Of a stretch of 57,328 bases of DNA, positions 27,527 to 37,934 are shown one piece after another (position 1 is the stretch's first letter; every line of letters starts with the position of its first letter). A model generated the notes under the pieces. That model ran no database searches. It had not been told where the DNA came from and saw only the letters and a list, made by a program, of their open reading frames with translations. Source of the DNA: a virus. Taxonomy: Duplodnaviria; Caudoviricetes. The position numbers were made by a program, and so were the translations under genes. The DNA is taken from positions 1 through 57,328 of IMG/VR virus record IMGVR_UViG_3300032208_000014; one strand, 5' to 3'.

Positions 27527-29668
27527 ATGCCCTTAACTAAGTTACAGTTTAAGCCAGGTATTAACAGAGAGGTCACTTCGTATTCAAACGAAGGGGGCTG
27601 GCGCGACTGTGACAAAATTAGATTTCGGTTTGGCTATCCTGAAAAAATGGGTGGTTGGGAAAAGTACACAGAAAGTACCTATGATGGCTCTGCTCGTGCG
27701 CTGCATAACTGGATTGCGCTAGATGGCTCTGACTATCTGGGCATAGGCACTCACCTTAAATACTATATTGAAGAAGGTGAAAGCCTGAACAACATAACCC
27801 CGCTTCGCAACACCACTGCGGCAGGAGACGTTACATTCGCTGCAACAAATGGTTCTGCTACTATTACTGTTACAGATGTAGGACACGGTGCTTTTCAGTT
27901 CGATTTTGTTACTTTTTCCGGGGCAGTTAGTCTTGGAGGTGTAATTACCGCTACCGTTCTTAATCAGGAATATCAAGTTGCACGAGTTGTAGACGCTGAC
28001 ACATACGAGATTACCAGCGCAGTAGCCGCTAACTCGTCAGACTCAGGTAACGGTGGTTCAAGCACCGTAGGTGCGTACCAAATAAATGTAGGTCTAAACA
28101 CCTCTGTTGGCGGTACAGGTTGGGGTGCGGGTCTTTACTATGGTGTAACTAACGGCGCATTGCAGACAACACTCAACGAAGGCGGCACACTGTCCGCAGC
28201 CGACACAACAATTACCGTAACAAGCACCACAGGCATTGTAGCTAGTGATGTTGTGTTAATTGGCAATGAACTTATTCTAGTTGGTGGTATATCAAGCAAC
28301 GACCTGACAAGTTGTACACGCGGTCACTCTGGCACTACAGCTACAACACATGCTGATGGTTCTGTTGTAAGATTAGCACTAGGTAACGCTGACCCAGCAA
28401 ATGACTTTTCAGGCTGGGGACAAGCGGCATCAGGTGGTTTGACAACGACCACACAGATACGTTTGTGGTCACATGATAACTTTGGGGAAGATCTGCTTAT
28501 CAATCCACGCGATGATGAAATCTACTATTGGGACAGAACAAACAACCTGTCCACTCGTGCTGTAAAGTTGAACACAATCACAGGCACAAAGCGAAGTGTT
28601 CCGACTGTAGCCAAACAGGTTCTTGTTTCTGACCGTGACAGGCATGTTATTGCTTTTGGAGCAGACGGTTTGAACGCTAGTGCATCAGCAACAGATGGCA
28701 ATGGCACACAAGACCCTTTGCTCATCCGCTTTTCTGACCAAGAGAACCCAACTGAATGGTATCCTACGGCAACCAACACAGCGGGTGATTTACGTTTGGG
28801 TGCAGGATCAACCTTCATGCAAGCCGTAGAAACAAAGCGTGAGATACTGGTGTGGACGGACACCGCCCTTACTTCCATGCGTTTTATTGGTCCGCCATTT
28901 ACTTTTGGCCTACAGCAACTGTCCAGTAACATCACAATCATGAGTCCAAATGCGGCTGTAGCGACAGAAGATTTTGTTTTCTGGATGGGTATTGATACGT
29001 TCTATGTCTATGCTGGACAGACACAAACACTTCCCTGCACAGTTAAGGACAAGGTTTTCCTAGATTTTAACCTTACACAAAAAGACAAGGTTGTCGCAGG
29101 CATCAACTCTGAGTTTAGTGAAGTAACATGGTTCTATCCGTCCGCTAGTTCTAGTGAAAACAATCGATATGTCACATACAACTACAGTGAAAAGGTATGG
29201 TACTTTGGTACGCTTGAAAGAACGGCATGGTTGGATCGTGGAACTCGAACCTTCCCTATAGCTACAGGGGACGGATACATTTACAACCATGAGCTTGGTT
29301 ATGATGACGATGGCTCTGCTATGAGTTCATTTATCGAGTCGGCGGCGATAGATATTGGTGACGGCGATAGATTTACATATTTGCGTAAAGTCATACCTGA
29401 CCTAACTTTTGACGGGTCAACTAATCTTGCTTCACCGCAAGCTACGTTTACAGTCAAGGCGCGTAATAATCCTGGGGCAGACTTTGACAGCACGCAGTCC
29501 GGCACAACCAGTCGTACACAAACCACACCAGTGGAGGAGTTTACAGAACAGCTTGATTTAAGAGTGCGTGGACGTTCTTTTGCTCTTCGTGTAGAATCAA
29601 GTGCATTAGGGTCTAAATGGAAGTTGGGCAGTCCTCGCGTAGATATAAGACAAGACGGTAGAAGATAA
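27527..29668 (+). CDS. Tail nozzle / stabilisation protein (beta-propeller-like)
   Basis: ATG at 27527 (MPLTKLQFKPGI), IRFSDQE, ends DIRQDGRR; precedes the ejection genes. Confidence 0.7.
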   Translation: MPLTKLQFKPGINREVTSYSNEGGWRDCDKIRFRFGYPEKMGGWEKYTESTYDGSARALHNWIALDGSDYLGIGTHLKYYIEEGESLNNITPLRNTTAAGDVTFAATNGSATITVTDVGHGAFQFDFVTFSGAVSLGGVITATVLNQEYQVARVVDADTYEITSAVAANSSDSGNGGSSTVGAYQINVGLNTSVGGTGWGAGLYYGVTNGALQTTLNEGGTLSAADTTITVTSTTGIVASDVVLIGNELILVGGISSNDLTSCTRGHSGTTATTHADGSVVRLALGNADPANDFSGWGQAASGGLTTTTQIRLWSHDNFGEDLLINPRDDEIYYWDRTNNLSTRAVKLNTITGTKRSVPTVAKQVLVSDRDRHVIAFGADGLNASASATDGNGTQDPLLIRFSDQENPTEWYPTATNTAGDLRLGAGSTFMQAVETKREILVWTDTALTSMRFIGPPFTFGLQQLSSNITIMSPNAAVATEDFVFWMGIDTFYVYAGQTQTLPCTVKDKVFLDFNLTQKDKVVAGINSEFSEVTWFYPSASSSENNRYVTYNYSEKVWYFGTLERTAWLDRGTRTFPIATGDGYIYNHELGYDDDGSAMSSFIESAAIDIGDGDRFTYLRKVIPDLTFDGSTNLASPQATFTVKARNNPGADFDSTQSGTTSRTQTTPVEEFTEQLDLRVRGRSFALRVESSALGSKWKLGSPRVDIRQDGRR

Positions 29669-29898
29669 TGTCAAGTAATCAAGTTGCACCACCAAGGCTC
29701 CCCGAACCGCCAGTTGAATACACACAACAATATATGGCGGATCTAACCCGCTCGTTACAAACTTTTATTGAGCAGGAGCGTAACCCCGGTGAAATGCGCG
29801 GCACTAAATTAACCTTAACAGACCTGCCAACGTCAGCGACTGGACTTGAGGTGGGAAGCCTATATAATGATAGTGGCACAGTGAAGGTTGTAACATAA
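29668..29898 (+). CDS. Small tail protein
   Basis: Coupled ORF; LPTSATGLEVGSLYNDSGTVKV. Confidence 0.65.
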   Translation: MSSNQVAPPRLPEPPVEYTQQYMADLTRSLQTFIEQERNPGEMRGTKLTLTDLPTSATGLEVGSLYNDSGTVKVVT

Positions 29899-30707
29899 TG
29901 TTAAAAGGTCTGAAAAGTTTATTACCAATAGCAGGAGCCGCCGCTGGATACTTTCTTGGCGGTCCTGCGGGTAGCGCGGCTATAAACGCGGCTCTCGGCT
30001 CTGGTATCGGCACACTAGCAGCTGGTGGGGATCCTGAAGACGCAATCAAAAACGCTATTCTAGCTGGCGGTGCTGGTGCTGGCCTTAGTTCTTTGGGTAT
30101 TGGAACAGGTGCAACAGGTGTCGCGGCACAGTCCGCAGGCGCAAAAGCCGCAACTCAGGCGGCGGCAACAAAAGCGGCGGCAACAAAAGTGGCGGCTGGA
30201 GAGGCAGCAAAAGGCGGCTTGTTTGGTTCAGGGATTAGTGCTGGGGACGTAGCTCTTGGTAGTTCTCTCTTAGGTCTGTTGAGTGGCGCAGAGGACGAGG
30301 ACATTACAGACGAACCTGTCGGAGAAACAAACCCTGATTATGAGGGAATACCATATAAAGGCTTGTTTGTAGACCCAGATACAGGAATAGCGTATGATAC
30401 AATAGAAGAATTAGAGGACGCAGTAAATGCGCGGAAGAATCTTGCCTCTGGTGGTATTGTTGCTTTGAAAGAAGGTGGCACAGCTACTCCCGGTGAAGCA
30501 GGGTACATCGAAGGTCCTGGTACTGGTACATCGGACAGTGTCGATGCAGCAATATTCCAAAATGGAAAACGGGTATCAGAAGCCGCACTATCTGATGGTG
30601 AATTTGTATTTAGGGAAAAATCTGTTGTAGGCGCAGGAAATGGAGACAGAGAGCTAGGTGCCAAACGTCTGTACGCTATGATGGATCATTTTGAAAGGAT
30701 GGCTTGA
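29898..30707 (+). CDS. Internal virion / ejection protein
   Basis: Gly/Ala-zipper hydrophobic N-terminus; GPGTGTSDS...LSDGEFV motif. Confidence 0.65.
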   Translation: MLKGLKSLLPIAGAAAGYFLGGPAGSAAINAALGSGIGTLAAGGDPEDAIKNAILAGGAGAGLSSLGIGTGATGVAAQSAGAKAATQAAATKAAATKVAAGEAAKGGLFGSGISAGDVALGSSLLGLLSGAEDEDITDEPVGETNPDYEGIPYKGLFVDPDTGIAYDTIEELEDAVNARKNLASGGIVALKEGGTATPGEAGYIEGPGTGTSDSVDAAIFQNGKRVSEAALSDGEFVFREKSVVGAGNGDRELGAKRLYAMMDHFERMA

Positions 30708-31576
30708 TGTCAACCGTTACTTCAACCTCACAATCTCTTCCTGCGTATCAGGAAGAGTATTTAAAAAACTTACTGTCTAGTGCAGAAGGGTTAGCCAATC
30801 AGCCGACCACAATTCCCGATTATCAAGTTGCGGAGATGACACCCGCCCAACAACGGGCTATTCAACTTGGTATTGATGGCATAGGCGCGTATCAGCCTAT
30901 GATGCAGGCAGGTGCTACGACACTAGGTCAGGGCGTAGCCGCCCTAACACCATCTGGCTACCAGCAATTTATGAATCCATACATCGACCAAGTTGTAGAT
31001 CAAAGTATGCAGGATTTACAGCGTCAGGCAGACATTGAGCGTCAGCGGATTGGTTCTGGTGCCATACAAAGCGGTGCTTTTGGTGGCTCTCGTCAGGCGG
31101 TGGCAGAACAAGAACTACAGAGAAATACAGCCGATGCAATGGCTCGTCAGTCTGGACAGCTTCGCTCACAAGCGTTTGAAAGCGCACAGAACAGAGCACA
31201 GCAAGCAGGAGAACTGTTTGGTAAGCTCGGACTCCAACAAGCTGCGCTAGGCGAATCCGCGCAAGCTGCACAACAACGAGATATCGGCATCTTGTCTCAG
31301 TTAGGTGGTCAAGAGCAACAACAGATGCAGGCCGAGATTGACGCACAACGTGCCACGAGCCTTGAACGCCAGTACGAACCATATCAGCGAATTGGCTTTA
31401 TGTCTGACATTTTCCGTGGTGTACCAACACAAACACAGACACTGACTTCCACAACTGCACCTAAACCAAGTCTGTTTTCACAAATAGGTGGTATCGGCAT
31501 GGGTATCGCGGGACTTCAACAAGCAGGTGCGTTTGGTGAGGGCGGGTTGTTCAGTAGCATATTTAATAGAGGTTAG
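30704..31576 (+). CDS. DNA pilot / ejection protein
   Basis: Q-rich; FMNPYIDQV, GAFGGSR; Gly-rich hydrophobic C-terminus. Confidence 0.7.
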   Translation: MMSTVTSTSQSLPAYQEEYLKNLLSSAEGLANQPTTIPDYQVAEMTPAQQRAIQLGIDGIGAYQPMMQAGATTLGQGVAALTPSGYQQFMNPYIDQVVDQSMQDLQRQADIERQRIGSGAIQSGAFGGSRQAVAEQELQRNTADAMARQSGQLRSQAFESAQNRAQQAGELFGKLGLQQAALGESAQAAQQRDIGILSQLGGQEQQQMQAEIDAQRATSLERQYEPYQRIGFMSDIFRGVPTQTQTLTSTTAPKPSLFSQIGGIGMGIAGLQQAGAFGEGGLFSSIFNRG

Positions 31577-31579
31577 GAC

Positions 31580-33760
31580 ATGAGCGTATACAATCGTAAG
31601 ATGTTTAAGCGGAATGCCCGTAACGCTTTAAATCAATCAGCAGGGGTACAAAACTTCCGACTTGGTGGACAGGTAGGACCGTATCAAACATTTACTGACC
31701 CCACATCTGGTAGAACCTACGGCGGAATCAGCCCGTCAAGTGGCGGTGTTAGATCTCTTCAACCGTTTAGTCTCGCGCAAAGATATCTTCAAGGTGGACG
31801 CAGTGCTGGTTATGGAAGAGGTTCTGCTATCAGTCCGGGTGAGTTTGCTGCCTTGCAAGCCTATGAAAGCGCGAACATGGCGGGGCGGAGAATAAAAGAT
31901 CCAACAGGTACAAGAATTGGTGGGGTGTTTGAAAGTATCTTAAATCCCGCTGGTAGAGTTGCGGCAGGTGGTGGCGCATTTGCTCGTAGCCTTGCTAGTT
32001 CGGCAACACAGGGGATTTTAGGTTCTGGAAAAGAAGGCGATGCTACATTTGGTGATCGCGTATCTTCAATGCGCGGACCTGAGCTTGATAGAGATTTTCT
32101 TGCTGACCAAGGAATCGCAGAACTTATAGACGCTAGAAATATGCAAACGGCATCTTCTCGTGGTCGTGGGTTTCCTGTCACTCGCATACCTGAAGGTGGT
32201 ATGGCGGCAGATCGAATTAAGCAAGAACAACTTAATCGTAATACTATGGATAACAGCCCAGAAGCCATTGCGCGTAGAGAAGCAGAAGCAGAAGCACGCA
32301 AGCAGATGGAACAACAAGGCATTGTTTTCTCAGATCAAGAGACTGGTAAAGTTGGTGACAAAAGCGAAACCGAATTTATGGCTGGTTTGATTATGGATGA
32401 CATTCAAGCCGCCCAGCAAGACCAGCGTAAAGAAGATGAGTATCTAAAAGCAGTAGAGGCGGCAGATCGTGACGAAGCTGATGTGGATCTAGCAGAGTAC
32501 AAAAAAGAAGAGGATAAGTCTGGTGACGGTGCATCTGGTGGCGGCGGTCAAGAGGGTGGTGATGCCGCCCCCTCCGCCAAAGAGGAAATCGAAAGAGTTA
32601 TTAATAGCGGAACAAAAGAAGAGCAAGAAAAAACTCTAGACGGGTTTATTCAGGAGTTCATGGATAAGGCACCGGGTTACGAAGGTGCAGACAGCGGTCT
32701 TATTCTTGCCAAGATTGGTTTTGCTATGGCGGCGGGTAAGAGTCCGAACGCTATCGAGAACATCGCTTCTGCCATGAGCGATGGTGCGGATATGCTGATT
32801 AAAGACAAAGCAAAACGAGACGAGTTTGACCGTCAACTTAAATTATCGGCAATGCAGTATGGATTAACTGAAACAAGTAAACTAAGAGCACAAGAAAGAC
32901 TTGATGATCGTAACTTCTTGAGTTTAGTAGACAAGGACGGAAAACCTGCACGCATAAGCATGACAGAGTTAATGGCAAATGACGGTAAAATCCCAGAAGG
33001 GCTACTGGATAAAGATGTGTACTTAGCTCAAGAAAAAGCAGCTTTAGAAAGATTAAGGAATGTAAACGCTCAAACGAAGGCACTAAGATCAGAACTTTTG
33101 TTATCGGATGAGGCTGCTCGTAAGATACAAGGGGATTATGGGAAAGAGGCGAAACGTTACATAGATGCTGAAGTGGGTATTGAGTTTACGGAAAAGGCTT
33201 TACTTAACATAGCGGATGATGGGTCTGTTGTAGGTCTTAAAGGTGGTGCAAAAGATTTAGCAAACAGACTGGCAAACGCAGGTGGAATTGATCTTGGAAC
33301 AAGCTTTGAAACAAAAGCCGAATTTGAAGCAAACGTAAGACAGGCTTTTCAAAAATTAATTCCTGTTTCTTTGGCTGGGGTACAATCTGCAAATTCTATT
33401 TCAAACAAAGATGTTCAATTTCTAGCTGATGCCTATATTGAGTCAGCAATTTTACAAGGCGGAGTCTTTAATTTAGCGATGATTGACGAAGACGTTTTAG
33501 CTAAAAAGTTAGGTGGAGTTATAAACGAGTTTAGAAGAAATCAAGCTCTTGCTGCAGGAAACATGCGGGGTATTGAAGAAAGACTTACAAATCGTATTTT
33601 ACCGGGTCAAGGTCAAGGTTCGGCGGTAACGCTTTTAGCAGAGTCAAAGAAGTCGCTTGAACCGTTTGGTGTTGGTCAAAGAACTACATCAGGGTTGGTT
33701 GACACTGGTGAGAAAAACTCTCAAGGTATGCCTATCTTTAAACTACCGTCCGCTGGTTAG
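31580..33760 (+). CDS. Internal virion / ejection protein
   Basis: 726-aa helical protein between the pilot and the largest virion gene. Confidence 0.6.
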   Translation: MSVYNRKMFKRNARNALNQSAGVQNFRLGGQVGPYQTFTDPTSGRTYGGISPSSGGVRSLQPFSLAQRYLQGGRSAGYGRGSAISPGEFAALQAYESANMAGRRIKDPTGTRIGGVFESILNPAGRVAAGGGAFARSLASSATQGILGSGKEGDATFGDRVSSMRGPELDRDFLADQGIAELIDARNMQTASSRGRGFPVTRIPEGGMAADRIKQEQLNRNTMDNSPEAIARREAEAEARKQMEQQGIVFSDQETGKVGDKSETEFMAGLIMDDIQAAQQDQRKEDEYLKAVEAADRDEADVDLAEYKKEEDKSGDGASGGGGQEGGDAAPSAKEEIERVINSGTKEEQEKTLDGFIQEFMDKAPGYEGADSGLILAKIGFAMAAGKSPNAIENIASAMSDGADMLIKDKAKRDEFDRQLKLSAMQYGLTETSKLRAQERLDDRNFLSLVDKDGKPARISMTELMANDGKIPEGLLDKDVYLAQEKAALERLRNVNAQTKALRSELLLSDEAARKIQGDYGKEAKRYIDAEVGIEFTEKALLNIADDGSVVGLKGGAKDLANRLANAGGIDLGTSFETKAEFEANVRQAFQKLIPVSLAGVQSANSISNKDVQFLADAYIESAILQGGVFNLAMIDEDVLAKKLGGVINEFRRNQALAAGNMRGIEERLTNRILPGQGQGSAVTLLAESKKSLEPFGVGQRTTSGLVDTGEKNSQGMPIFKLPSAG

Positions 33761-33768
33761 GAGAGGTT

Positions 33769-36700
33769 ATGGGTTCTATTATTGTTGAAACCGCTCAAGG
33801 ACCTGTTCAGGTAGACATTGCTGGAGACACTCCAACAGAAGAAGAACAGCAAGCTATTATTTCACAGTTTAGCGGACCACAACCGACTCAGTCCGAAATT
33901 GATTTTGCAACAGCCTCTTTGGATGAAATCAGAGACTATGCACGCGCCAAACGCATGGCAGGCATAGACCCAAAAACAGGGGAACAAATCACTGAAGAAG
34001 AGTATGTCAGCAAGTACAAAGAACCTGGTGTAGATTATACCTCTGGGGTTGACAGTATTGGTGGTTTCTCACGCTTCCAGTTTGGTCGTATGGACACGGC
34101 TGATGAAAAGTCCAACTATCTGCGCACTGTTGTGGGCAGCGATGGTTATCGTGTAGACCCGCTAGGCAGGCATATTCTGACACAAGAAGGTCGCACCAAA
34201 CTCGGTCTTGGTGAAGGTCGTGAACTTGCCATCGATGAAGAAGGTTTCTCATTTAACGATGTCAAAGAGTTTGCAGGAGCGACTGCACTACCTATCGCTA
34301 CAGGCATAGGTGCGAGTCTTGTTGCATCTGGCGTAGGATTCTTACCCGGCGTGTTAATTGTCGGCGGGGCAACCGCCGCAGGTAAACTTCTTGACGAAGG
34401 CATCGAAGCAGCAGAAGGTCTGCAAATGCAGTCGGCTGGTGAGATTGCTCGTGACGTTGCAATGGAAGGTGTGTTTGGTGGTCTTGGTGAAGGCGTTGGA
34501 CGAGGCATATCAAAGCTGTTTGGTCGCATCATCAAAGGTCCAGGGGGCGAAGCAAACGAAGCATTGCGTGCACAGGCTCGTGACGTAATTAATCGCGGCT
34601 ACCGTCCAACCGTAGCAGGCGCAACCAGTGAAGAGTTTCGCCCTATCCTGAACCGTTTGCAAGCGGTGTACGAAGGGGTCTTTCCGAATCAAAAGGCCGC
34701 GATGCAAAACCTACAGCAAGTGGTCGCTGACCTTCGAGCCGCTGGTATTGCAGATGACTCAGCAATCAACAACCTTGATGAGATTGTGAAAAAAGACATT
34801 ACCGATTTCTTTGCATCTGGAGATGAAACGCTTGCTCAAGCACAACGCCGGATGGATGATGCTGTGCGCAATGAAATAGATCAAGTCATGCGTAACTTGA
34901 AGGATGGCAAGAGCATACCAAAAAATCTACAGGACATGATTCGCCAGCGCAAAGCTGTCTTTGATGAGGACGTAGACCGTTTGTACACAATGGCAACGAA
35001 TGCGTTGCGCGGCAAAAAAATCATTTCAACAAAAGGTATTAAAGAAGAACTCGCTCGTCTTGAAACTGATAGCATCGCTGATATTGCGAGCACAGGGTTT
35101 GCTGCAAAAGTGCGCGCACTTGGAGAGTTTGCTACACCTCAAGAAATAGGTCGTCTGCGTAAAGGTTTGACAGATGCAACGTACAATCCGTCAATTATGA
35201 ATGATGTCAACGTAGGAGCACTTGGTTCATTAAAAGCCTCAATCAATGACGCTTTTACACAAGCCGAAATAAATCTGGGTTTAATGCAAAATCCTGCATT
35301 GATACCCGCCGATGCAACGGTGACTTTACCAAAAGGGTTTACGTTAGGTGACATTTCCGCTGAACAGGGTAAAGAAGCACTCGGTCTGTTGCGTAGAACA
35401 AACCTGTTGTATCGCACTGGAATAAAACGTTTTGACAACGTGGTGGTGCAGGACATCGTCAAGCAAGCGCAGAACGGTCAGATGAATATGAAGTTCATCT
35501 TTGACAAGATTGTGCAAGAAGATAATCCAGAAGCACTTGATCAACTATTGAAAGCTATTCGTGGTGCGCCAACAAACAAGGCACTTGGCGCAGAAGCAGG
35601 TATAGCAGACTTGGACGCTGGTGCTCGAATCTTGAAACAGCAACAGATTGGCGGACGGAGCGTTGAACAAGCTCTTAAAGATGTAGAGGGTCTTGCACCA
35701 AACGACCCAACCAGACGATTCGTGGAAGGTGAAGCGGCACGTTTGGAACGGGAAGCCTTTGAACGCGCAAAAATACGCGGCAAGGGTTCAGAGATGGCGG
35801 ATCAAGTTCGTCAGGGTCTAGCCAAGATGTATCTTGAAAAACAACTCCGTGCATCTCGAACCATTGACCCCGCAACGGGGGAGGCTGTTATCGACCCTAT
35901 TGAACTTGTCGCAAACCTACGTCAAAAAGGAACAACGGTTGACAAACTGTTTGGCGATGACATGAAAGCACTCGATGATGTTATTAGTGTTCTTGAGCGC
36001 GGCAAGGCAAACCTTTCACCAGGGGTAGCAGAAGCACTGCGAAGCAAGCCACTTGGTCAGGCACTTAAAGACTTTCAAGCCGCACAGACTGCACGTTCTG
36101 CTTTAAACAGAGACAGGCTAATAAACACTTTACAACAAACAGATGACCCTGAAGTCATCGCACAGACAGTGTTTAATTCACCTAGTTCTATTCGTCAGGC
36201 ACAAAAGTTCTTGTCCCCTGAGAGAATGAATCAGGTGAAAGATGCTGCAATGGGCAGAATCCTTAAACAGATTGGTGCCACTGTCGATGAGGCTGGCGAA
36301 ATTCGCATGACGGACGACTTCATAGAGTCCTTTAAGTCTGGCAGGCTTGGTAACAAACTGCAATCTGTATTGCGGTCTTATGGTGACGATACACTAAACG
36401 CAATGTTTGGACCTAACGGTGCAGAAGGTTTGACAGCTATGGCGGAGACAATGGTTAAAGCTTCTAACGCATCAATCAAAGGCAAAGGCGGTTTGGCGGC
36501 ACCAAATATCGCCCTTGGTCTGGGCTTGTTTCAGCTTATGGGCAACCTAACTACGGCGTTGCCAACTGCCGTCATGTACGCGGGAATGTCTAAGGCATTG
36601 CGTAATCCAAAGGTTCTTCGTATGATGATGGCTTCTCGCAAGCCGAATAGTGTCAAGGAATTTATGTCTGGCAAGTTCAAGGCGAATGACCCCATCGCGC

Positions 36701-36963
36701 AAGGTTTTCAAGCATTCTGGCAAATCATGTCCGCAGCAACTGTTCAAGGTGGTCGGATGGCTACTGAGCAAGCAACAGAAGAAGCAAGACCCGCAACACA
36801 ATTAGCAATGCAAGAATTACAGCCACAGATACAACAAACAATAAGTCAGATACCACAGGTGCAACCAGCACAGGCAGGCACAACGGCACAGGTATCTCCA
36901 ATCTTGAATCCTAACCCCGCCACGCAGGCACTTGCGCAGGCACTTGGGAGAACTAATCCATGA
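33769..36963 (+). CDS. Large internal virion / DNA ejection protein
   Basis: 1064 aa, helical, with Gly-rich hydrophobic segments; AGGAG RBS; podovirus-type position. Confidence 0.65.
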   Translation: MGSIIVETAQGPVQVDIAGDTPTEEEQQAIISQFSGPQPTQSEIDFATASLDEIRDYARAKRMAGIDPKTGEQITEEEYVSKYKEPGVDYTSGVDSIGGFSRFQFGRMDTADEKSNYLRTVVGSDGYRVDPLGRHILTQEGRTKLGLGEGRELAIDEEGFSFNDVKEFAGATALPIATGIGASLVASGVGFLPGVLIVGGATAAGKLLDEGIEAAEGLQMQSAGEIARDVAMEGVFGGLGEGVGRGISKLFGRIIKGPGGEANEALRAQARDVINRGYRPTVAGATSEEFRPILNRLQAVYEGVFPNQKAAMQNLQQVVADLRAAGIADDSAINNLDEIVKKDITDFFASGDETLAQAQRRMDDAVRNEIDQVMRNLKDGKSIPKNLQDMIRQRKAVFDEDVDRLYTMATNALRGKKIISTKGIKEELARLETDSIADIASTGFAAKVRALGEFATPQEIGRLRKGLTDATYNPSIMNDVNVGALGSLKASINDAFTQAEINLGLMQNPALIPADATVTLPKGFTLGDISAEQGKEALGLLRRTNLLYRTGIKRFDNVVVQDIVKQAQNGQMNMKFIFDKIVQEDNPEALDQLLKAIRGAPTNKALGAEAGIADLDAGARILKQQQIGGRSVEQALKDVEGLAPNDPTRRFVEGEAARLEREAFERAKIRGKGSEMADQVRQGLAKMYLEKQLRASRTIDPATGEAVIDPIELVANLRQKGTTVDKLFGDDMKALDDVISVLERGKANLSPGVAEALRSKPLGQALKDFQAAQTARSALNRDRLINTLQQTDDPEVIAQTVFNSPSSIRQAQKFLSPERMNQVKDAAMGRILKQIGATVDEAGEIRMTDDFIESFKSGRLGNKLQSVLRSYGDDTLNAMFGPNGAEGLTAMAETMVKASNASIKGKGGLAAPNIALGLGLFQLMGNLTTALPTAVMYAGMSKALRNPKVLRMMMASRKPNSVKEFMSGKFKANDPIAQGFQAFWQIMSAATVQGGRMATEQATEEARPATQLAMQELQPQIQQTISQIPQVQPAQAGTTAQVSPILNPNPATQALAQALGRTNP

Positions 36964-37412
36964 ACTTAGATAAACTACGCGAAGAGCTTGCAGAAGATGA
37001 AGGCTGCAAGTATGAAATTTATTTGGACCACCTTGGTCTGGAGACATTCGGAATTGGTCACCTCGTGACAATGGACGACCCTGAGTACGGTAAACCCGTA
37101 GGTTCGCCTATCACGCAAGAACGTGTTCAGTCTGTGTTTCGGCGCGACATCGCCATAACAATGGACGACTGCAATCGTATGTATGACAACTTCGAGGACC
37201 TGCCGGAAGAAGCACAATTAATCCTAGCAAACATGATGTTCAATCTTGGTTACAGCCGCATGAGCAAATTTAAAAAACTTCGTGCCGCTGTAGAGTCACG
37301 GAACTGGGATGAATGTGCCGCTCAGATGGAAGACTCGAAGTGGTATACGCAGGTGCCGAATCGCGCACGGCGTTTGATTTCCAGGATGCAGGATTTATCC
37401 GAACAAAAGTAG
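36960..37412 (+). CDS. Lysozyme (GH24, T4-like)
   Basis: DEG...YLDHLG..TFGIGHL, NMMFNLG, SKWYTQVPNRA. Confidence 0.9.
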   Translation: MNLDKLREELAEDEGCKYEIYLDHLGLETFGIGHLVTMDDPEYGKPVGSPITQERVQSVFRRDIAITMDDCNRMYDNFEDLPEEAQLILANMMFNLGYSRMSKFKKLRAAVESRNWDECAAQMEDSKWYTQVPNRARRLISRMQDLSEQK

Positions 37413-37420
37413 GACAGGCA

Positions 37421-37453
37421 GGCTTCCCCTGCAATACTCATGCGGGGGGAGTC
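37421..37453 (+). promoter_or_regulatory. Hairpin sequestering the nuclease RBS
   Basis: GGCTTCCCCTGCA / TGCGGGGGGAGTC form a 13-bp stem (3 G-U) ending 1 nt before the ATG. Confidence 0.6.
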
Positions 37454-37864
37454 ATGTTTGCACGAGAACTTCACACAGGCAAAATTGGAGAGCACATATG
37501 TGCTTTGCGTATGCTCAAGGCAGGAATCAGCGCATCTATTGTTAATTTAGAAACAGTTGATGTCATAGCTTGGGACAGAAACAAGGTCTGGCGTGTGCAA
37601 GTTAAGTCTGGGCATATTCGATATGAAAAGGATCGGCAGGCAGGATATCAGTTTAACATAGCGGTGGGGGGCAAGCAAAAACGCCCCCTTACTTATGAGG
37701 ACTGTGACATCGTTGCTTTGGTTGCTATTGAACACGAACAGGTTTGGTTTTATCCAGTCGATACGCTGCGCAGAGCAAAATCAAAACGCGTCAAAACATC
37801 TAAGTTTGATGACCCGCATCTATGTCTGAAAACATGGGAACGTGCACTAGACCACTACTCATGA
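37454..37864 (+). CDS. PD-(D/E)XK endonuclease
   Basis: GKIGE...VDVIA...RVQVKS...DIVALV; ATG at 37454 after GGGAG. Confidence 0.75.
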   Translation: MFARELHTGKIGEHICALRMLKAGISASIVNLETVDVIAWDRNKVWRVQVKSGHIRYEKDRQAGYQFNIAVGGKQKRPLTYEDCDIVALVAIEHEQVWFYPVDTLRRAKSKRVKTSKFDDPHLCLKTWERALDHYS

Positions 37865-37910
37865 AAAAAAAGACTGCGTTGATCAGGGTTGCCTGCACAG
37901 TCTTTTCTTT
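37864..37910. terminator. Probable bidirectional terminator between convergent arms
   Basis: A-tract AAAAGACTG...CAGTCTTTT T-tract. Confidence 0.6.
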
Positions 37911-37934
37911 CGTGGTGACTATATAGATATGATC

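Noticed and set aside
2637-37217. Numerous minus-strand track ORFs within the structural arm
   Set aside because: They lie antisense to well-supported, tightly coupled plus-strand genes and show no recognisable motifs.
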